From Candidatus Delongbacteria bacterium (GTDB taxonomy: Bacteria; CAIWAD01), in assembly GCA_963663545.1 (NCBI GenBank), contig OY760505.1, forward strand, positions 2,976,001 to 3,040,000: DNA of 64,000 nt. Direction: 5' to 3'. Positions within the stretch are counted from its first letter, which is position 1; every line of letters begins with the position of its first letter. A program made the position numbers and the translations under genes. Positions 17,145 to 27,395 of this stretch are shown piece by piece. A model generated the notes under the pieces. That model made no database searches, was not told the DNA's origin, and saw nothing but the letters and a program-made list of their open reading frames with translations.

Positions 17145-19124
17145 GTGATTCAACTTCAGCATATCGATCTCGAGTTCAGCGACAAGAAAGTTTTCACCCA
17201 GCTTAGCTGGCATATCCGGCGCAACGAGCGCATCGGTTTGGTGGGCGACAACGGTGCTGGCAAAACCACACTGATGCGTATGATCATGGGCGAGATGGAG
17301 CCCGACAAGGGGCGCGTTATTCCTTCGCCCCGAGTGCGCATCGGCTATCTGGCGCAGCAGTTCACCTACAGCTCCAGCCGTCCGCTTTTGGAGCTGGTTA
17401 TCGAGGCGGCCGGGGATCTGCGCCGCATCGAGCGCGAAATTGTTGAGCTGCAGCACGCTGTATCACACATGGAAGCCGACAGCGAAGAGCAGCACGAGAC
17501 GCTGCAGCAGCTTGGCCATTTGCAGGAGCTCTTTGAGCATCGCGACGGTTTTCGCATTGAGGCGGAAGCGCGCAGCATTCTGCAGGGCCTGGGCTTTGGC
17601 GCCGATGAGCTGGAACGTCCGCTGGATACTTTCTCGGGCGGCTGGCAAATGCGCGCAGCAATGGCGCGGCTACTGCTTTCCTCGCCCGATCTGCTACTGC
17701 TGGACGAGCCCACCAATCACTTGGACACCGACGCGCTGGAGTGGCTCGAACGCTACCTACGTGCCTGGGATGGTACGGTGGTCACTGTATCACACGATCG
17801 CTTTTTCCTGGATCGCACTGTATCACGCATTGCCGAGTTGACCAATTGCACGCTGACGGAGTATCACGGCAATTACACCGAGTATCGCCGTCTGAAGGAA
17901 GGCGATATGGAACGTCGTATGGCAGAGCTGCACAGTCGCCAGGATCGCATTCAGGAGCTGGAGCGTTTTGTCGATCGATTCCGCTACAAAAGTAGCAAGG
18001 CCAAGCAGGTGCAGTCGCGGGTCAAACAACTCGAGAAGCTCAAGGACGGTTTGCCCGTCATCGAGCGAGAATCACGCGGCCTGCAGTTTCAGTTTCCACC
18101 TTGCGAACGTAGCGGCGACATCGCGCTTGAATTGAACGGGCTGGGCCACGCGTACAACGGCAGGGATGTTTTTAGTGATCTCAACTTGCACATCAAGCGC
18201 GGCGAGCGCGTAGCGCTTGTGGGGCCCAACGGTGCTGGAAAGTCCACTTTGACGCGGCTGATCTCAGGGATGGAAGAACCCGTTCGGGGCGAGGCAAAGT
18301 TGGGCCACAAGGTGGAGTTCGAGGTCTACACGCAGGAAGTGGAACAGCGGCTGAACTCAGAGCACACTGTGTTACAAAGTCTGGAAGAGGTCAACCGCGG
18401 CCTGAGTCAGACAGAATTGCGCAGCCTTCTGGGACGCTTTCTCTTTGGCGGCGACAGCGTGTTCAAAAAGGTCGGCGTGCTTTCCGGTGGTGAAAAGAGC
18501 CGTCTGGCTGTAGCACGTCTAATGATGGCGCGGGCCAATCTGCTCATCTTGGACGAGCCTACCAATCACCTGGATCTGAAGGCGAAGAACACACTGCAGC
18601 AGGCGTTGCACAATTTCCAAGGTACAGTGCTGGTGGTGAGTCACGATCGCTACTTCCTGGACGGCGTTGTAACACGCGTTCTGGAGTTGCGTGATTCCGT
18701 GATACACGATTTCTCCGGCAACTACAGCGACTATCTGCGCGCGCGCGAAGAAGCCGAAGCTGCGGAAGCGGCGCGCAATGCTGCGATTTCTGGAGCACAA
18801 GCGACTGAAGACGATCGACCGGCCAGAGCGCGTTCTCGCGAAGAGCGTAAACGGGCTACCGAAGAGAAGATCCGTCGCGGGCGTGTGCTACGCGAAGTGC
18901 AGAAAGAGGCCGACAAACTCGAGGCGCGTATTGCCAAAATCGAAGCGCGCATGGGCGAGTTGGAGCAGGCACTGATGAAAGAAGATGTGTACAATGACCC
19001 ACAGAAGATGAAAGAGGCCGGCGTCGAGTACGCCCGTTTGCGCGAAGAGCACGCACGCTTCTTTGCCGACTGGGAGGACGCCCAGCAGCGGGTTGAGGAC
19101 ACGATGGCGGAGCTGGATTCCTGA
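17145..19124 (+). CDS. ABC-F family ATPase
   Basis: Two NBDs (GDNGAGKT, FSGGWQMR, LDEPTNHLD; GPNGAGKS, LSGGEK), no TM segments, C-terminal coiled coil. Confidence 0.95.
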   Translation: MIQLQHIDLEFSDKKVFTQLSWHIRRNERIGLVGDNGAGKTTLMRMIMGEMEPDKGRVIPSPRVRIGYLAQQFTYSSSRPLLELVIEAAGDLRRIEREIVELQHAVSHMEADSEEQHETLQQLGHLQELFEHRDGFRIEAEARSILQGLGFGADELERPLDTFSGGWQMRAAMARLLLSSPDLLLLDEPTNHLDTDALEWLERYLRAWDGTVVTVSHDRFFLDRTVSRIAELTNCTLTEYHGNYTEYRRLKEGDMERRMAELHSRQDRIQELERFVDRFRYKSSKAKQVQSRVKQLEKLKDGLPVIERESRGLQFQFPPCERSGDIALELNGLGHAYNGRDVFSDLNLHIKRGERVALVGPNGAGKSTLTRLISGMEEPVRGEAKLGHKVEFEVYTQEVEQRLNSEHTVLQSLEEVNRGLSQTELRSLLGRFLFGGDSVFKKVGVLSGGEKSRLAVARLMMARANLLILDEPTNHLDLKAKNTLQQALHNFQGTVLVVSHDRYFLDGVVTRVLELRDSVIHDFSGNYSDYLRAREEAEAAEAARNAAISGAQATEDDRPARARSREERKRATEEKIRRGRVLREVQKEADKLEARIAKIEARMGELEQALMKEDVYNDPQKMKEAGVEYARLREEHARFFADWEDAQQRVEDTMAELDS

Positions 19125-19137
19125 TACAGGAGGAGAC

Positions 19138-20895
19138 ATGAGGAATTTTCTATTGGGCCTTTTTTCCGGCGTGACACTGCTGATTTTGCTCTTGCTGGCA
19201 GGTGTGATCGCGCTGGGCATGAAGGCCATTAGCGGTGCGCGCCCCGAGACACCGAACCAGATGGTCCTTCGCTTGAGCTGGTCCGATGTGCTCGTCGGTC
19301 ATCAGGTGAGCCCGTTGGATGCCGGTCTGCACGGCACTCTGACGCTGACCAGTCTCATCGAAACCCTCGACCGCGCCGCCGAGGACTCCCGCGTGCAGGC
19401 CGTTGTCATCGATGGTTCTGCGCCCATGCCGCGCGAGTTCCTTTGGGAGCTTCAACCTGCGATGAATCGTCTGCGCGAGGCGGGCAAGCCCATTGAAGCT
19501 TATTTGGAAATGGCCGACGATCCGCAATTGGCGCTTGCCGTCATGGCCGACAAGATTACCATGAGCCCCGCTTCTTCCGCCGGTCTTGTGTTCCAGGGCC
19601 TGGCGGCGGCGAGTTATTACATGCGTCCGCTGCTTGACCGCTACGGCGTCAAGATGCATGTGTTACACCAGGGCGAGGCCAAGGGCTTTGGCGAGCACTA
19701 TGTTCGTGATACAATGTCCGATGCGGTGCGCGCTAATCTTGGGCTGCTGGTGGAGGACCTGTGGTCCCTGCAACTCAACTGGATCGCGGACCATCGCGAA
19801 GGTGTTGATGTGCGTGCGCTGCGCAGTTTCGTCGAGGACCCTGCTCACGTGATTATGCTTCCGGCGGATGCGGAGCAGTTGCACCTTGTTGACGAGCTTC
19901 GTTCCCGCGCAGACTGGCAGCGTTCCATGGAACGCCGTTTCAACGATGCCGAATGGGTGAGCGTCGAGAATTACCTGGCACAGCAGAGTAGAAAGAGTGC
20001 GACCGTTGTGGGCCAGCACGTCGCCGTGCTGTGGGCAGAGGGTGGCATTGTCGGCGGTGAGTCTGCCGCGAATAGTGTCAGCATCAGTTCGCGCTCCCTG
20101 ATCGAGGATCTGGAAGACCTGCGCGATGACGAAGAGGTGCGCGCCATTGTTCTGCGTGTCGAAAGCCCCGGCGGCAGTGCGTTGGCCAGCGAAGAGATCT
20201 ATTGCAAGCTGGAGGAAATTCGCAGCGAAAAGCCGCTGTTGGTCTCCATGGGCCGTGTGGCTGCTTCGGGCGGCTACTACATCTCCGCTCCGGGTCAGCA
20301 GATCTGGGCCAGCCCGGCCACCATTACCGGCAGTATCGGCGTAGTCTCGGTGATTCCCGATTTCGCCAAAGCCGCCGATAAGCTGGGCGTGCAGCCCGAC
20401 GGCGTCTATTCCACGCCCTTGGCCACGATGACGCGCCTGGGCAATCCGGTTCCTCCCGAACTGCTGGCTTCCCTGGATCACTACATGGCGGGCACCTACG
20501 TTGAGTTCCGCGATCGTGTGACACGCTATCGTCCGCTGGATGACGAGCAGTTGTTGCCCATCGCCGGTGGCCGCGTCTGGAGCGGCTCACGCGCGCAGGA
20601 GCTGGGCTTGGTTGACAGTCTGGGAACGCTGGAGGATGTGATACAGCGTGCAGCCTGGCAGGCAGAGCTTGGCGATGCGCAGGTGGTCCACTATCCCAAG
20701 GTGGAAAGCCTGATGGATCTGTTCCTGTCCGGCGAGATCAAACCCAAAGATCTGCTGCCACACGCGCAGAGTGGTTACATGAACGCGCTGGCGGATCCCG
20801 AGCTCGAGAAGCTGCTGGCCGATTTGCAAGCGGGCAGAACGCGACGTGATCCGGCTGAAATGGTGCAGACTCGCTGCCCGTGGACCGTCGAGTAG
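19138..20895 (+). CDS. sppA: Signal peptide peptidase SppA (long form)
   Basis: N-terminal TM. LRVESPGGS, SMGRVAASGGYY, TITGSIGV and GRVWSG..A..LGLVD. AGGAG SD. Confidence 0.92.
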   Translation: MRNFLLGLFSGVTLLILLLLAGVIALGMKAISGARPETPNQMVLRLSWSDVLVGHQVSPLDAGLHGTLTLTSLIETLDRAAEDSRVQAVVIDGSAPMPREFLWELQPAMNRLREAGKPIEAYLEMADDPQLALAVMADKITMSPASSAGLVFQGLAAASYYMRPLLDRYGVKMHVLHQGEAKGFGEHYVRDTMSDAVRANLGLLVEDLWSLQLNWIADHREGVDVRALRSFVEDPAHVIMLPADAEQLHLVDELRSRADWQRSMERRFNDAEWVSVENYLAQQSRKSATVVGQHVAVLWAEGGIVGGESAANSVSISSRSLIEDLEDLRDDEEVRAIVLRVESPGGSALASEEIYCKLEEIRSEKPLLVSMGRVAASGGYYISAPGQQIWASPATITGSIGVVSVIPDFAKAADKLGVQPDGVYSTPLATMTRLGNPVPPELLASLDHYMAGTYVEFRDRVTRYRPLDDEQLLPIAGGRVWSGSRAQELGLVDSLGTLEDVIQRAAWQAELGDAQVVHYPKVESLMDLFLSGEIKPKDLLPHAQSGYMNALADPELEKLLADLQAGRTRRDPAEMVQTRCPWTVE

Positions 20896-20928
20896 CTGAT
20901 TCTCACTGGCTTGCAGCACAAAAATCGC

Positions 20929-20965
20929 AGCCCGGAGCGCTTTTCGCGACTCCGGGCTTTGTTTT
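20929..20965 (+). terminator. Intrinsic terminator
   Basis: AGCCCGGAG...CTCCGGGCT followed by TTGTTTT. Confidence 0.7.
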
Positions 20966-21067
20966 GCCTCAAGGGTTTGCCGAAGCTGCCGATCTTAGCA
21001 GCAGTCGTCACCATGAAGGACGCTGATAAGCATCGGGGATAGCCCCGGCAGGTGAAGGGAGCAAGCA

Positions 21068-21382
21068 GTGCAAAGCCGCCATGGACAGGTTATTCTGGAT
21101 ACCGCAGGAGGAAATCAGGTTGTGCTGCTGGACGAACAGCGCATGGCCCTCGGCCTGGGACCGGTGCTGCTTCCGCTGACCCGCAGTGCGCTGGCACGCC
21201 TTTCCGACGTATTGATCAACGTGGCCCGTTCCTGGGAACGCTACGAAAAGGAAGGCCGCGTTTACATTAACTGCGACCGCCTGGTGCTGCGTCTCACGCG
21301 CGAAGAGTTTCTGGAATTGATGAGCCTGGTCAGCCGGGCGATGACCTGGCTACAGGGTCAGAGCCAGGAGCTCCCGAACTAG
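21068..21382 (+). CDS. Hypothetical protein with internal duplication
   Basis: 104 aa, AAGGGAG SD. Two similar halves (LGLGPVLLPLTRSALARL / INCDRLVLRLTREEFLEL). Confidence 0.65.
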   Translation: MQSRHGQVILDTAGGNQVVLLDEQRMALGLGPVLLPLTRSALARLSDVLINVARSWERYEKEGRVYINCDRLVLRLTREEFLELMSLVSRAMTWLQGQSQELPN

Positions 21383-21410
21383 CCCTTACTTTCGATTCAT
21401 ACAATCTGCC

Positions 21411-21442
21411 AACGAGGGTCCGTTTTCGAGCGGGCCCTCGTT
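21411..21442. terminator. Hairpin (terminator-like)
   Basis: AACGAGGGTCCG...CGGGCCCTCGTT inverted repeat. Confidence 0.45.
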
Positions 21443-21583
21443 GTATCACGGCCCGACGAACTTGTTCACCTTTAATGAATTAGCTACAATCTTGACTCGT
21501 TCTGATTGGCGCCTTGCAGGGATACGAATGGCCACACGTCGGGCTATGCAGGCGCACTTCGGCAACCATAGCACGGAGGATGC

Positions 21584-22330
21584 ATGTCCGGTCATTCCAA
21601 ATGGTCTACCATCAAGCGCAAAAAGGGCGCCCTGGACGCCAAGCGTGGCAAGATTTTCGGTAAGCTGATCAAGGAAATCACCGTAGCAGCCCGCATGGGC
21701 GGTGGCGATGAAAACGCCAACCCTCGACTGCGGCAGGTGGTGCTCAAGGCCAAGGCGGTTAACATGCCCAACTCCAACGTTGAGCGTGCCATCGCCAAGG
21801 GCGTGGGCGGTGCCGATGGCGCCAACTACGAAGAAATTACCTATGAAGGCTACGGCCCCGCTGGTGTAGCCATTCTTATTGAGACCATGACCGATAATCG
21901 CAACCGTACGGTGGGCGAAGTTCGTCATCTGCTCAGCAAGTACGGCGGCAACCTGGGTGAAAGCGGCAGTGTCTCCTGGAACTTCGAGCGCGTCGGCCAG
22001 ATCAGCATTGACAAGGGCGAGCTGAGCGAGGAAGATGTGCTGATGATGGTCATGGACGCTGGCGCTGACAACATTGAAGACGGCGGTGATTCTTGGGAAA
22101 TCTTCGCAGCCGTCGAGAACATGGAAGCCGTGCGCGTGGCGCTGGTGGACGAGGGCCTCGAGGTCAAGGGCTACGAGCCGGTGCAGAAGCCCAAGAATGT
22201 GCAGACTGTGGAAGGCGACGATGTGCGCCGCGTGGTCAAGCTCATCGAAATGCTCGAGGACAATGACGACGTGCAGGCGGTGTATTCCAACTTCGACGCC
22301 GACGAGGATGCCCTCGCCGCTCTCGAGTAG
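21584..22330 (+). CDS. yebC: YebC/PmpR family protein
   Basis: MSGHSKWSTIKRKK, YEGYGPAG, TDNRNRT and DDVQAVYSN. Confidence 0.97.
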   Translation: MSGHSKWSTIKRKKGALDAKRGKIFGKLIKEITVAARMGGGDENANPRLRQVVLKAKAVNMPNSNVERAIAKGVGGADGANYEEITYEGYGPAGVAILIETMTDNRNRTVGEVRHLLSKYGGNLGESGSVSWNFERVGQISIDKGELSEEDVLMMVMDAGADNIEDGGDSWEIFAAVENMEAVRVALVDEGLEVKGYEPVQKPKNVQTVEGDDVRRVVKLIEMLEDNDDVQAVYSNFDADEDALAALE

Positions 22331-22332
22331 CC

Positions 22333-22806
22333 GTGCGCGTTCTGGGCATTGATCCTGGCCTGGCGATCACCGGTTACGGACTGGTGGACGCACACGGTAG
22401 CCGCATGAGCCCCGTAGAATACGGCGTGATACGCAGCAAGGGAGAAATGCCCGAGCGTCTGGCGCAGATTTTTCGCGAGCTGGAGCAGATCATTGTCCAG
22501 CACTCGCCGGACGCGGTGGGCGTTGAGCAAGTGTTCAAGGGCCCCAACGTGCAATCCCTGGTCAAGCTGAGTCACGCGCGCGCCGCAGCGGTGTTGGCCG
22601 CTGGCCTGCGGGGAATTCCCGTCTTTGAGTACACGCCCATGCAGATCAAGCGGGCGGTCACCGGTCGTGGTGCCGCCGATAAAACGCAGGTCTGCTTCAT
22701 GATTACGCGTTTGCTGGCGCTGTCCGAAGCGCCCAAACCGCTGGATGCCAGCGACGCTCTTGCCGTTGCCATCTGCCACCATCAGGCTTCGCGCCTGAAA
22801 TTGTAG
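22333..22806 (+). CDS. ruvC: Holliday junction resolvase RuvC
   Basis: LGIDPG, EYTPMQIK, GAADKTQV and DASDALAVAICH. Confidence 0.96.
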   Translation: MRVLGIDPGLAITGYGLVDAHGSRMSPVEYGVIRSKGEMPERLAQIFRELEQIIVQHSPDAVGVEQVFKGPNVQSLVKLSHARAAAVLAAGLRGIPVFEYTPMQIKRAVTGRGAADKTQVCFMITRLLALSEAPKPLDASDALAVAICHHQASRLKL

Positions 22807-22814
22807 GACGCCGA

Positions 22815-23441
22815 ATGTTCGACTCACTCCGCGGCAGTGTGCTAAGCCTGCAACCCACGCGCGTGGTGCTTTCCACGGGCGGCATCGGTTGGGATCTAGC
22901 CTGCAGTGTCAACACCAGCCGCCGACTGGGACTCAAACAGCGGGTGCGTCTTTACGTCCACATGAATCTGGTGGTCAACACTTCGCAGATATCGCTTTAC
23001 GCTTTTCACAACCAGGCTGAGCGGGACATTTTTCGCCAGCTGATCACCGTTTCGGGCATCGGTCCGAAAGTGGCGTTGGCCATCCTTTCAGGTATGGAGG
23101 TGGACGAGCTGCTGCGCGTGCTGGCCGAGGCCGACACAACGCGGCTGACTCGTGTGCCCGGTGTGGGCAAAAAAACGGCGGAGCGTCTGATTCTGGAGTT
23201 GGGCGAGAAGCTGAAGTCTATGCTGCACGCGGTACCTGCAGGATCTGTGACACACGCACCCGCAGCTGTGGTTGCTGGAGCTGGCGCAGAACAGGAAGCG
23301 CTGGAGGCGTTGCTGGCGCTGGGCTACAAGCCCGCGCAGGCGGAGCAGGAAGTGGCCGCCGCTCGCGCACGTATCACGGCGGAAGGCACCGACGAATCGG
23401 TGGAAGCCATTGTGCGTAACGTGTTACAACGCTCCAGGTGA
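22815..23441 (+). CDS. ruvA: Holliday junction branch migration protein RuvA
   Basis: VSGIGPKVAL, VPGVGKKTAERLILEL and ALLALGY. Confidence 0.96.
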   Translation: MFDSLRGSVLSLQPTRVVLSTGGIGWDLACSVNTSRRLGLKQRVRLYVHMNLVVNTSQISLYAFHNQAERDIFRQLITVSGIGPKVALAILSGMEVDELLRVLAEADTTRLTRVPGVGKKTAERLILELGEKLKSMLHAVPAGSVTHAPAAVVAGAGAEQEALEALLALGYKPAQAEQEVAAARARITAEGTDESVEAIVRNVLQRSR

Positions 23442-23452
23442 GGTGATACAAG

Positions 23453-24484
23453 GTGGAAGATCAGGGACGCATCATCGCAGGCACATTCAGTGAGGAAGAC
23501 CGCCTCGAGGCCGGCCTGCGTCCCGAGACCCTGGATGAGTTTGTTGGTCAGGAGCGCCACAAGCAGAACCTGCGGGTCTTTCTGGCTGCCGCACGTGGAC
23601 GGGGCGAGGCGCTGGATCACTGCCTGTTTTCTGGCCCTCCCGGTCTGGGCAAAACGACATTGGCGCACATCATCGCCCGTGAAATGGGGCACGAGATCCG
23701 TATCACATCGGGACCCGTGCTCGAAAAGCCTGCTGATCTGGCGGGCCTGCTGACGAATCTGGGTGAGGGCGACATTCTCTTTGTCGACGAGATCCACCGC
23801 CTGAACCGCATGGTCGAGGAGTATCTCTACTCGGCCATGGAAGATTTTCGACTGGACATCATGCTCGATCGCGGCGCTGCCGCACGCAGTGTGCAGCTCA
23901 GTCTGCCGCGCTTCACTCTGGTGGGGGCTACAACGCGCTCTGGGCTGCTCACCAGTCCGCTGCTGGCGCGCTTTGGCATTGTGATGCATCTGGAGCACTA
24001 CCAGCCGGGCGAGTTGGCGCAGATCATCATGCGTAGCGCACGCTTGCTGGAGGTACCGCTGGACAAGGAAGCCGCAGTCGAACTGGCCGGGCGCTGTCGT
24101 GGAACACCGCGTGTGGCCAACCGCCTGCTGCGCCGTCTGCGCGATTTTGCCGAGGTCAAAGGCGACGGATGTATCACGCTTGAGCTTGCGCGCTACGGTC
24201 TGGAGCAGCTCGAAGTGGATGCCCGCGGTCTGGATCGCCTCGATCGGCGTTTGCTGCGCTCTCTGGTGGAGACGTACAAGGGCGGTCCCGTTGGATTGGG
24301 TACGCTGGCAGTGGCCCTTGGCGAAGAGATCGATACTCTTGAAGACGTTGTAGAACCCTACCTTGTCAAGGAAGGCTTCATGCAGCGAACTCAACGCGGA
24401 CGTGTTGCGCTACCCGCTGCCTGGGAGCACCTTGGTCTGCCTGTCCCCAGTCGGGGCGAAGGACCAATGCTGGAACTGAAGTAA
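23453..24484 (+). CDS. ruvB: Holliday junction helicase RuvB
   Basis: LRPETLDEFVGQ, GPPGLGKTTLA, FVDEIHR, RGTPRVANRLL and GGPVGL. Confidence 0.97.
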   Translation: MEDQGRIIAGTFSEEDRLEAGLRPETLDEFVGQERHKQNLRVFLAAARGRGEALDHCLFSGPPGLGKTTLAHIIAREMGHEIRITSGPVLEKPADLAGLLTNLGEGDILFVDEIHRLNRMVEEYLYSAMEDFRLDIMLDRGAAARSVQLSLPRFTLVGATTRSGLLTSPLLARFGIVMHLEHYQPGELAQIIMRSARLLEVPLDKEAAVELAGRCRGTPRVANRLLRRLRDFAEVKGDGCITLELARYGLEQLEVDARGLDRLDRRLLRSLVETYKGGPVGLGTLAVALGEEIDTLEDVVEPYLVKEGFMQRTQRGRVALPAAWEHLGLPVPSRGEGPMLELK

Positions 24485-24580
24485 CTCCGGCCCATGCCGG
24501 TTTTGTATCACAGGGGATCACCCCGCGTAGCAGCCAACAGCCGCGTGTCCGCGGCCGGGGGCACAACAGGAGATTGAATC

Positions 24581-25615
24581 ATGCGTTTATCCGATTTCAA
24601 GTACCAACTGCCCGAGAAGCTGATTGCCCAGGAGCCGCTGAAGGAACGCGACAAATCCCGCCTCTTGGTAATGGATCGCGAGACCGGCGACGTGGAGCAC
24701 AAAGTCTTCAAGGATATCGTCGACTACTTTGGCCCCAATGATGTTCTTGTGGTCAACGATACACGCGTGATCAAGGCCCGCATGAAGGGCTACAAAGAGA
24801 AGACCGATGCCGAAATCGAAGTCTTCCTGCTGCGCGAGCTCAACGAGAACATGTGGGAGATCATGGTCAAGCCGGCGCGCAAAGTGCGCATGGGCAATAC
24901 CATTACCCTCATGGATGGCATCACCTGCGACATCATCGACAACACCACTTCCGGTGGTCGTGTGGTGCGCATAGACTACGATGGCGACTTTCACAAGCTG
25001 ATCGAGAAGCACGGTTCGGTGCCACTGCCGCCGTACATCAAGCGCGCGCCTGATCGGAAGGATGAGAAGAATTATCAGACGATCTATTCCGATCCCGACA
25101 AGGTGGGAGCCGTTGCAGCGCCCACCGCTGGTCTGCATTTCACCAAGCGACTGATTTCTCGGCTCGAGAAAAAGGGTGTGAAGGTTGTACCGGTCACGCT
25201 GCACGTCAGCTTGGGTACATTCCGTCCCGTGAACGTCGAGGATCTGTCGCGTCACCGCATGGACAGCGAGTATTACGAAGTGCCGCGTGATACAGCGCTT
25301 GCTGTCAACGAAAGCATCAAGGCCGGTGGTAAAGTCTGGGCTGTGGGCACGACTGTAACACGCACCCTCGAGACTGTAGCCCGCTTCAATGGTGGCATAA
25401 ACCCGGATCGTGGTTGGACCGACAAGTTCATCTATCCACCCTACAAGTTCAAAGTGGTGGACAGAATCGTTACCAATTTCCACCTGCCGAGCTCGACGCT
25501 TTTGATGCTGGTCTCGGCGTTTGCCGACCGTGACATGATCATGGCTGCGTATAAAAAAGCGGTCAAAGAGAAGTATCGCTTCTTCAGTTATGGCGATGCG
25601 ATGCTGATCAAATAG
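24581..25615 (+). CDS. queA: S-adenosylmethionine:tRNA ribosyltransferase-isomerase
   Basis: VPLPPYIKR, VAAPTAGLHF, TNFHLPSSTL and YRFFSYGDAM. Confidence 0.97.
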   Translation: MRLSDFKYQLPEKLIAQEPLKERDKSRLLVMDRETGDVEHKVFKDIVDYFGPNDVLVVNDTRVIKARMKGYKEKTDAEIEVFLLRELNENMWEIMVKPARKVRMGNTITLMDGITCDIIDNTTSGGRVVRIDYDGDFHKLIEKHGSVPLPPYIKRAPDRKDEKNYQTIYSDPDKVGAVAAPTAGLHFTKRLISRLEKKGVKVVPVTLHVSLGTFRPVNVEDLSRHRMDSEYYEVPRDTALAVNESIKAGGKVWAVGTTVTRTLETVARFNGGINPDRGWTDKFIYPPYKFKVVDRIVTNFHLPSSTLLMLVSAFADRDMIMAAYKKAVKEKYRFFSYGDAMLIK

Positions 25616-25768
25616 CTGTTACAATGCTGCAGATTTTTCTTGGTGGGTATTGCAACAACACTTATTTTGCAACATTGTTGCTTGCAAGGCGGCTTGGAGC
25701 CTTGCCTGGTTCTTGATCCTGTGCCGGGTTGAGTTCCTGAGTTACCTTGGCACACGTTGGAGAACCAG

Positions 25769-26038
25769 ATGAACATTTACGTCGGTAATCTGCCTTTCCA
25801 GGTGGGTGACGATGAGCTGCGCAATGCTTTTGCCCAGTATGGTGAAGTGTCTTCCGCGCGCGTGGTGATGGATCGTGAGACTGGCCGTTCCCGTGGATTC
25901 GGCTTCGTCGAAATGAACGATGAAGACGGCCGCAACGCGGTCAGTTCCCTGGATGGTAGCGAGCTCGCTGGCCGTACGATCCGTGTGAACGAAGCCCGTC
26001 CTCGTGAGGACAGGCCCCGCCGGCAGCCTCGCTGGTAA
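25769..26038 (+). CDS. RRM (RNP-1) RNA-binding protein
   Basis: NIYVGNL (RNP2), RGFGFVEM (RNP1) and VNEARPRE. Confidence 0.95.
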   Translation: MNIYVGNLPFQVGDDELRNAFAQYGEVSSARVVMDRETGRSRGFGFVEMNDEDGRNAVSSLDGSELAGRTIRVNEARPREDRPRRQPRW

Positions 26039-26050
26039 AAAGGCGGACCG

Positions 26051-26827
26051 ATGTCCGATACCTTTGCCATTGTGCTGACAGCCGGTGGCCAGGGTGCCAG
26101 AATGAAAGCGGGACGGCCCAAGCAATTCTTAGAGTTGTTTGGCCGTCCCGTTCTTTATTGGTCCTTGGCCAACCTTGCCCCGCTGGTGGGACATGGTCTT
26201 GCGGAGCTGGTGATCACGCATCCTGCCGGTGAGAAGAAGGAACTGCATCAGCTGCTGCGGGCTTTTCCCGCTGGACATCCATTCTGCCCCTCCAGCCACA
26301 GCCCGCGTTTGCAACTTGTCGAGGGCGGTACCAGTCGCCAGCAGAGTGTGGCTAATGGATTGGCAGCATTGGACTCCGCACGCAGTTCTCATGTCTTTAT
26401 TCACGATGCTGCCCGTCCTTTTGCCAGCGCGGATCTCTTTCTGCGATTGCTGAACCTGCTGCAGCAAAGCGACGCTGCGGGTGCTGTGCCGCTGCTGCCT
26501 GTGGTGGATACGGTCAAGGGCCTTGATGAGCAGCGTGAGTTTGTGCTGAGTACGGTCGATCGCAGTCGCCTGGCTTTGGTGCAGACACCGCAGCTCTTTC
26601 CGATGAAGCTGATTCGTGACCTGCACCTGCGCGCGGCGATGGAAGGCCTGGATCTGACCGACGATTGCGGCCTTGTGGAGCATTACCTGCGACAGCGCGT
26701 GCTGGCTTGCGATGGTCTGCGCTGGAATCTCAAACTCACCCATCCCGAGGACCTGCGGCTGATGCAGGTCTTGGTGGAAGCCGGTCTGGTAGAATTGCCG
26801 GACACAAGCTGGGAGCCCGTCTCATGA
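26051..26827 (+). CDS. ispD: 2-C-methyl-D-erythritol 4-phosphate cytidylyltransferase
   Basis: AGGQGARM...[24 protein letters not shown] and TDD. Confidence 0.93.
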   Translation: MSDTFAIVLTAGGQGARMKAGRPKQFLELFGRPVLYWSLANLAPLVGHGLAELVITHPAGEKKELHQLLRAFPAGHPFCPSSHSPRLQLVEGGTSRQQSVANGLAALDSARSSHVFIHDAARPFASADLFLRLLNLLQQSDAAGAVPLLPVVDTVKGLDEQREFVLSTVDRSRLALVQTPQLFPMKLIRDLHLRAAMEGLDLTDDCGLVEHYLRQRVLACDGLRWNLKLTHPEDLRLMQVLVEAGLVELPDTSWEPVS

Positions 26828-27309
26828 TGCGTATCGGTCAGGGCTTTGACGTACATCGCTTTGTGGAAGGACGCCCCCTCATGCTAGGCGGCGTTGAGGT
26901 GGAGCACGATTTTGGGCTCCTGGGTCACAGCGATGCCGACGTTCTGCTGCACGCCATCAGCGATGCGCTGCTGGGTGCACTGGCTCTGGGCGACATCGGC
27001 CTGCATTTTCCCGATACCGACGAGCGTTGGCGCGGCGCCGATTCCTGGCTACTGCTGCGCGAAGTGGGGCGTTTGTTGGCGGACCGTGGCGCACGCGTGC
27101 AGAACGTTGATGCTACCGTCATCTGCGAGCGACCGAAAATTCGTCCTTACGTCGATCGCATGCGACAGCGCATTGCCGACGCACTGGGAGTGGACCCGCA
27201 GCAGGTTTCCGTGAAGGGCACAACCAGCGAAGGTCTGGGCTTCACCGGCCGCCGCGAGGGCATCGCGGCACAGGCCGTTGTGCTTCTGGACTGCGCTCCC
27301 GTCGACTGA
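26824..27309 (+). CDS. ispF: 2-C-methyl-D-erythritol 2,4-cyclodiphosphate synthase
   Basis: [25 protein letters not shown] and [14 protein letters not shown]. Confidence 0.96.
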   Translation: MMRIGQGFDVHRFVEGRPLMLGGVEVEHDFGLLGHSDADVLLHAISDALLGALALGDIGLHFPDTDERWRGADSWLLLREVGRLLADRGARVQNVDATVICERPKIRPYVDRMRQRIADALGVDPQQVSVKGTTSEGLGFTGRREGIAAQAVVLLDCAPVD

Positions 27310-27395
27310 AACACACGGACTCGAATCAACAGTCAATAATTCCGATAGCTGTTATGATTCGTGCTCTACGCAAGTAGTCAAAGCGGAGAACAGGG

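Noticed and set aside
24485..24580. preQ1 riboswitch upstream of queA
   Set aside because: GC-rich hairpins only, with no recognisable preQ1 consensus.
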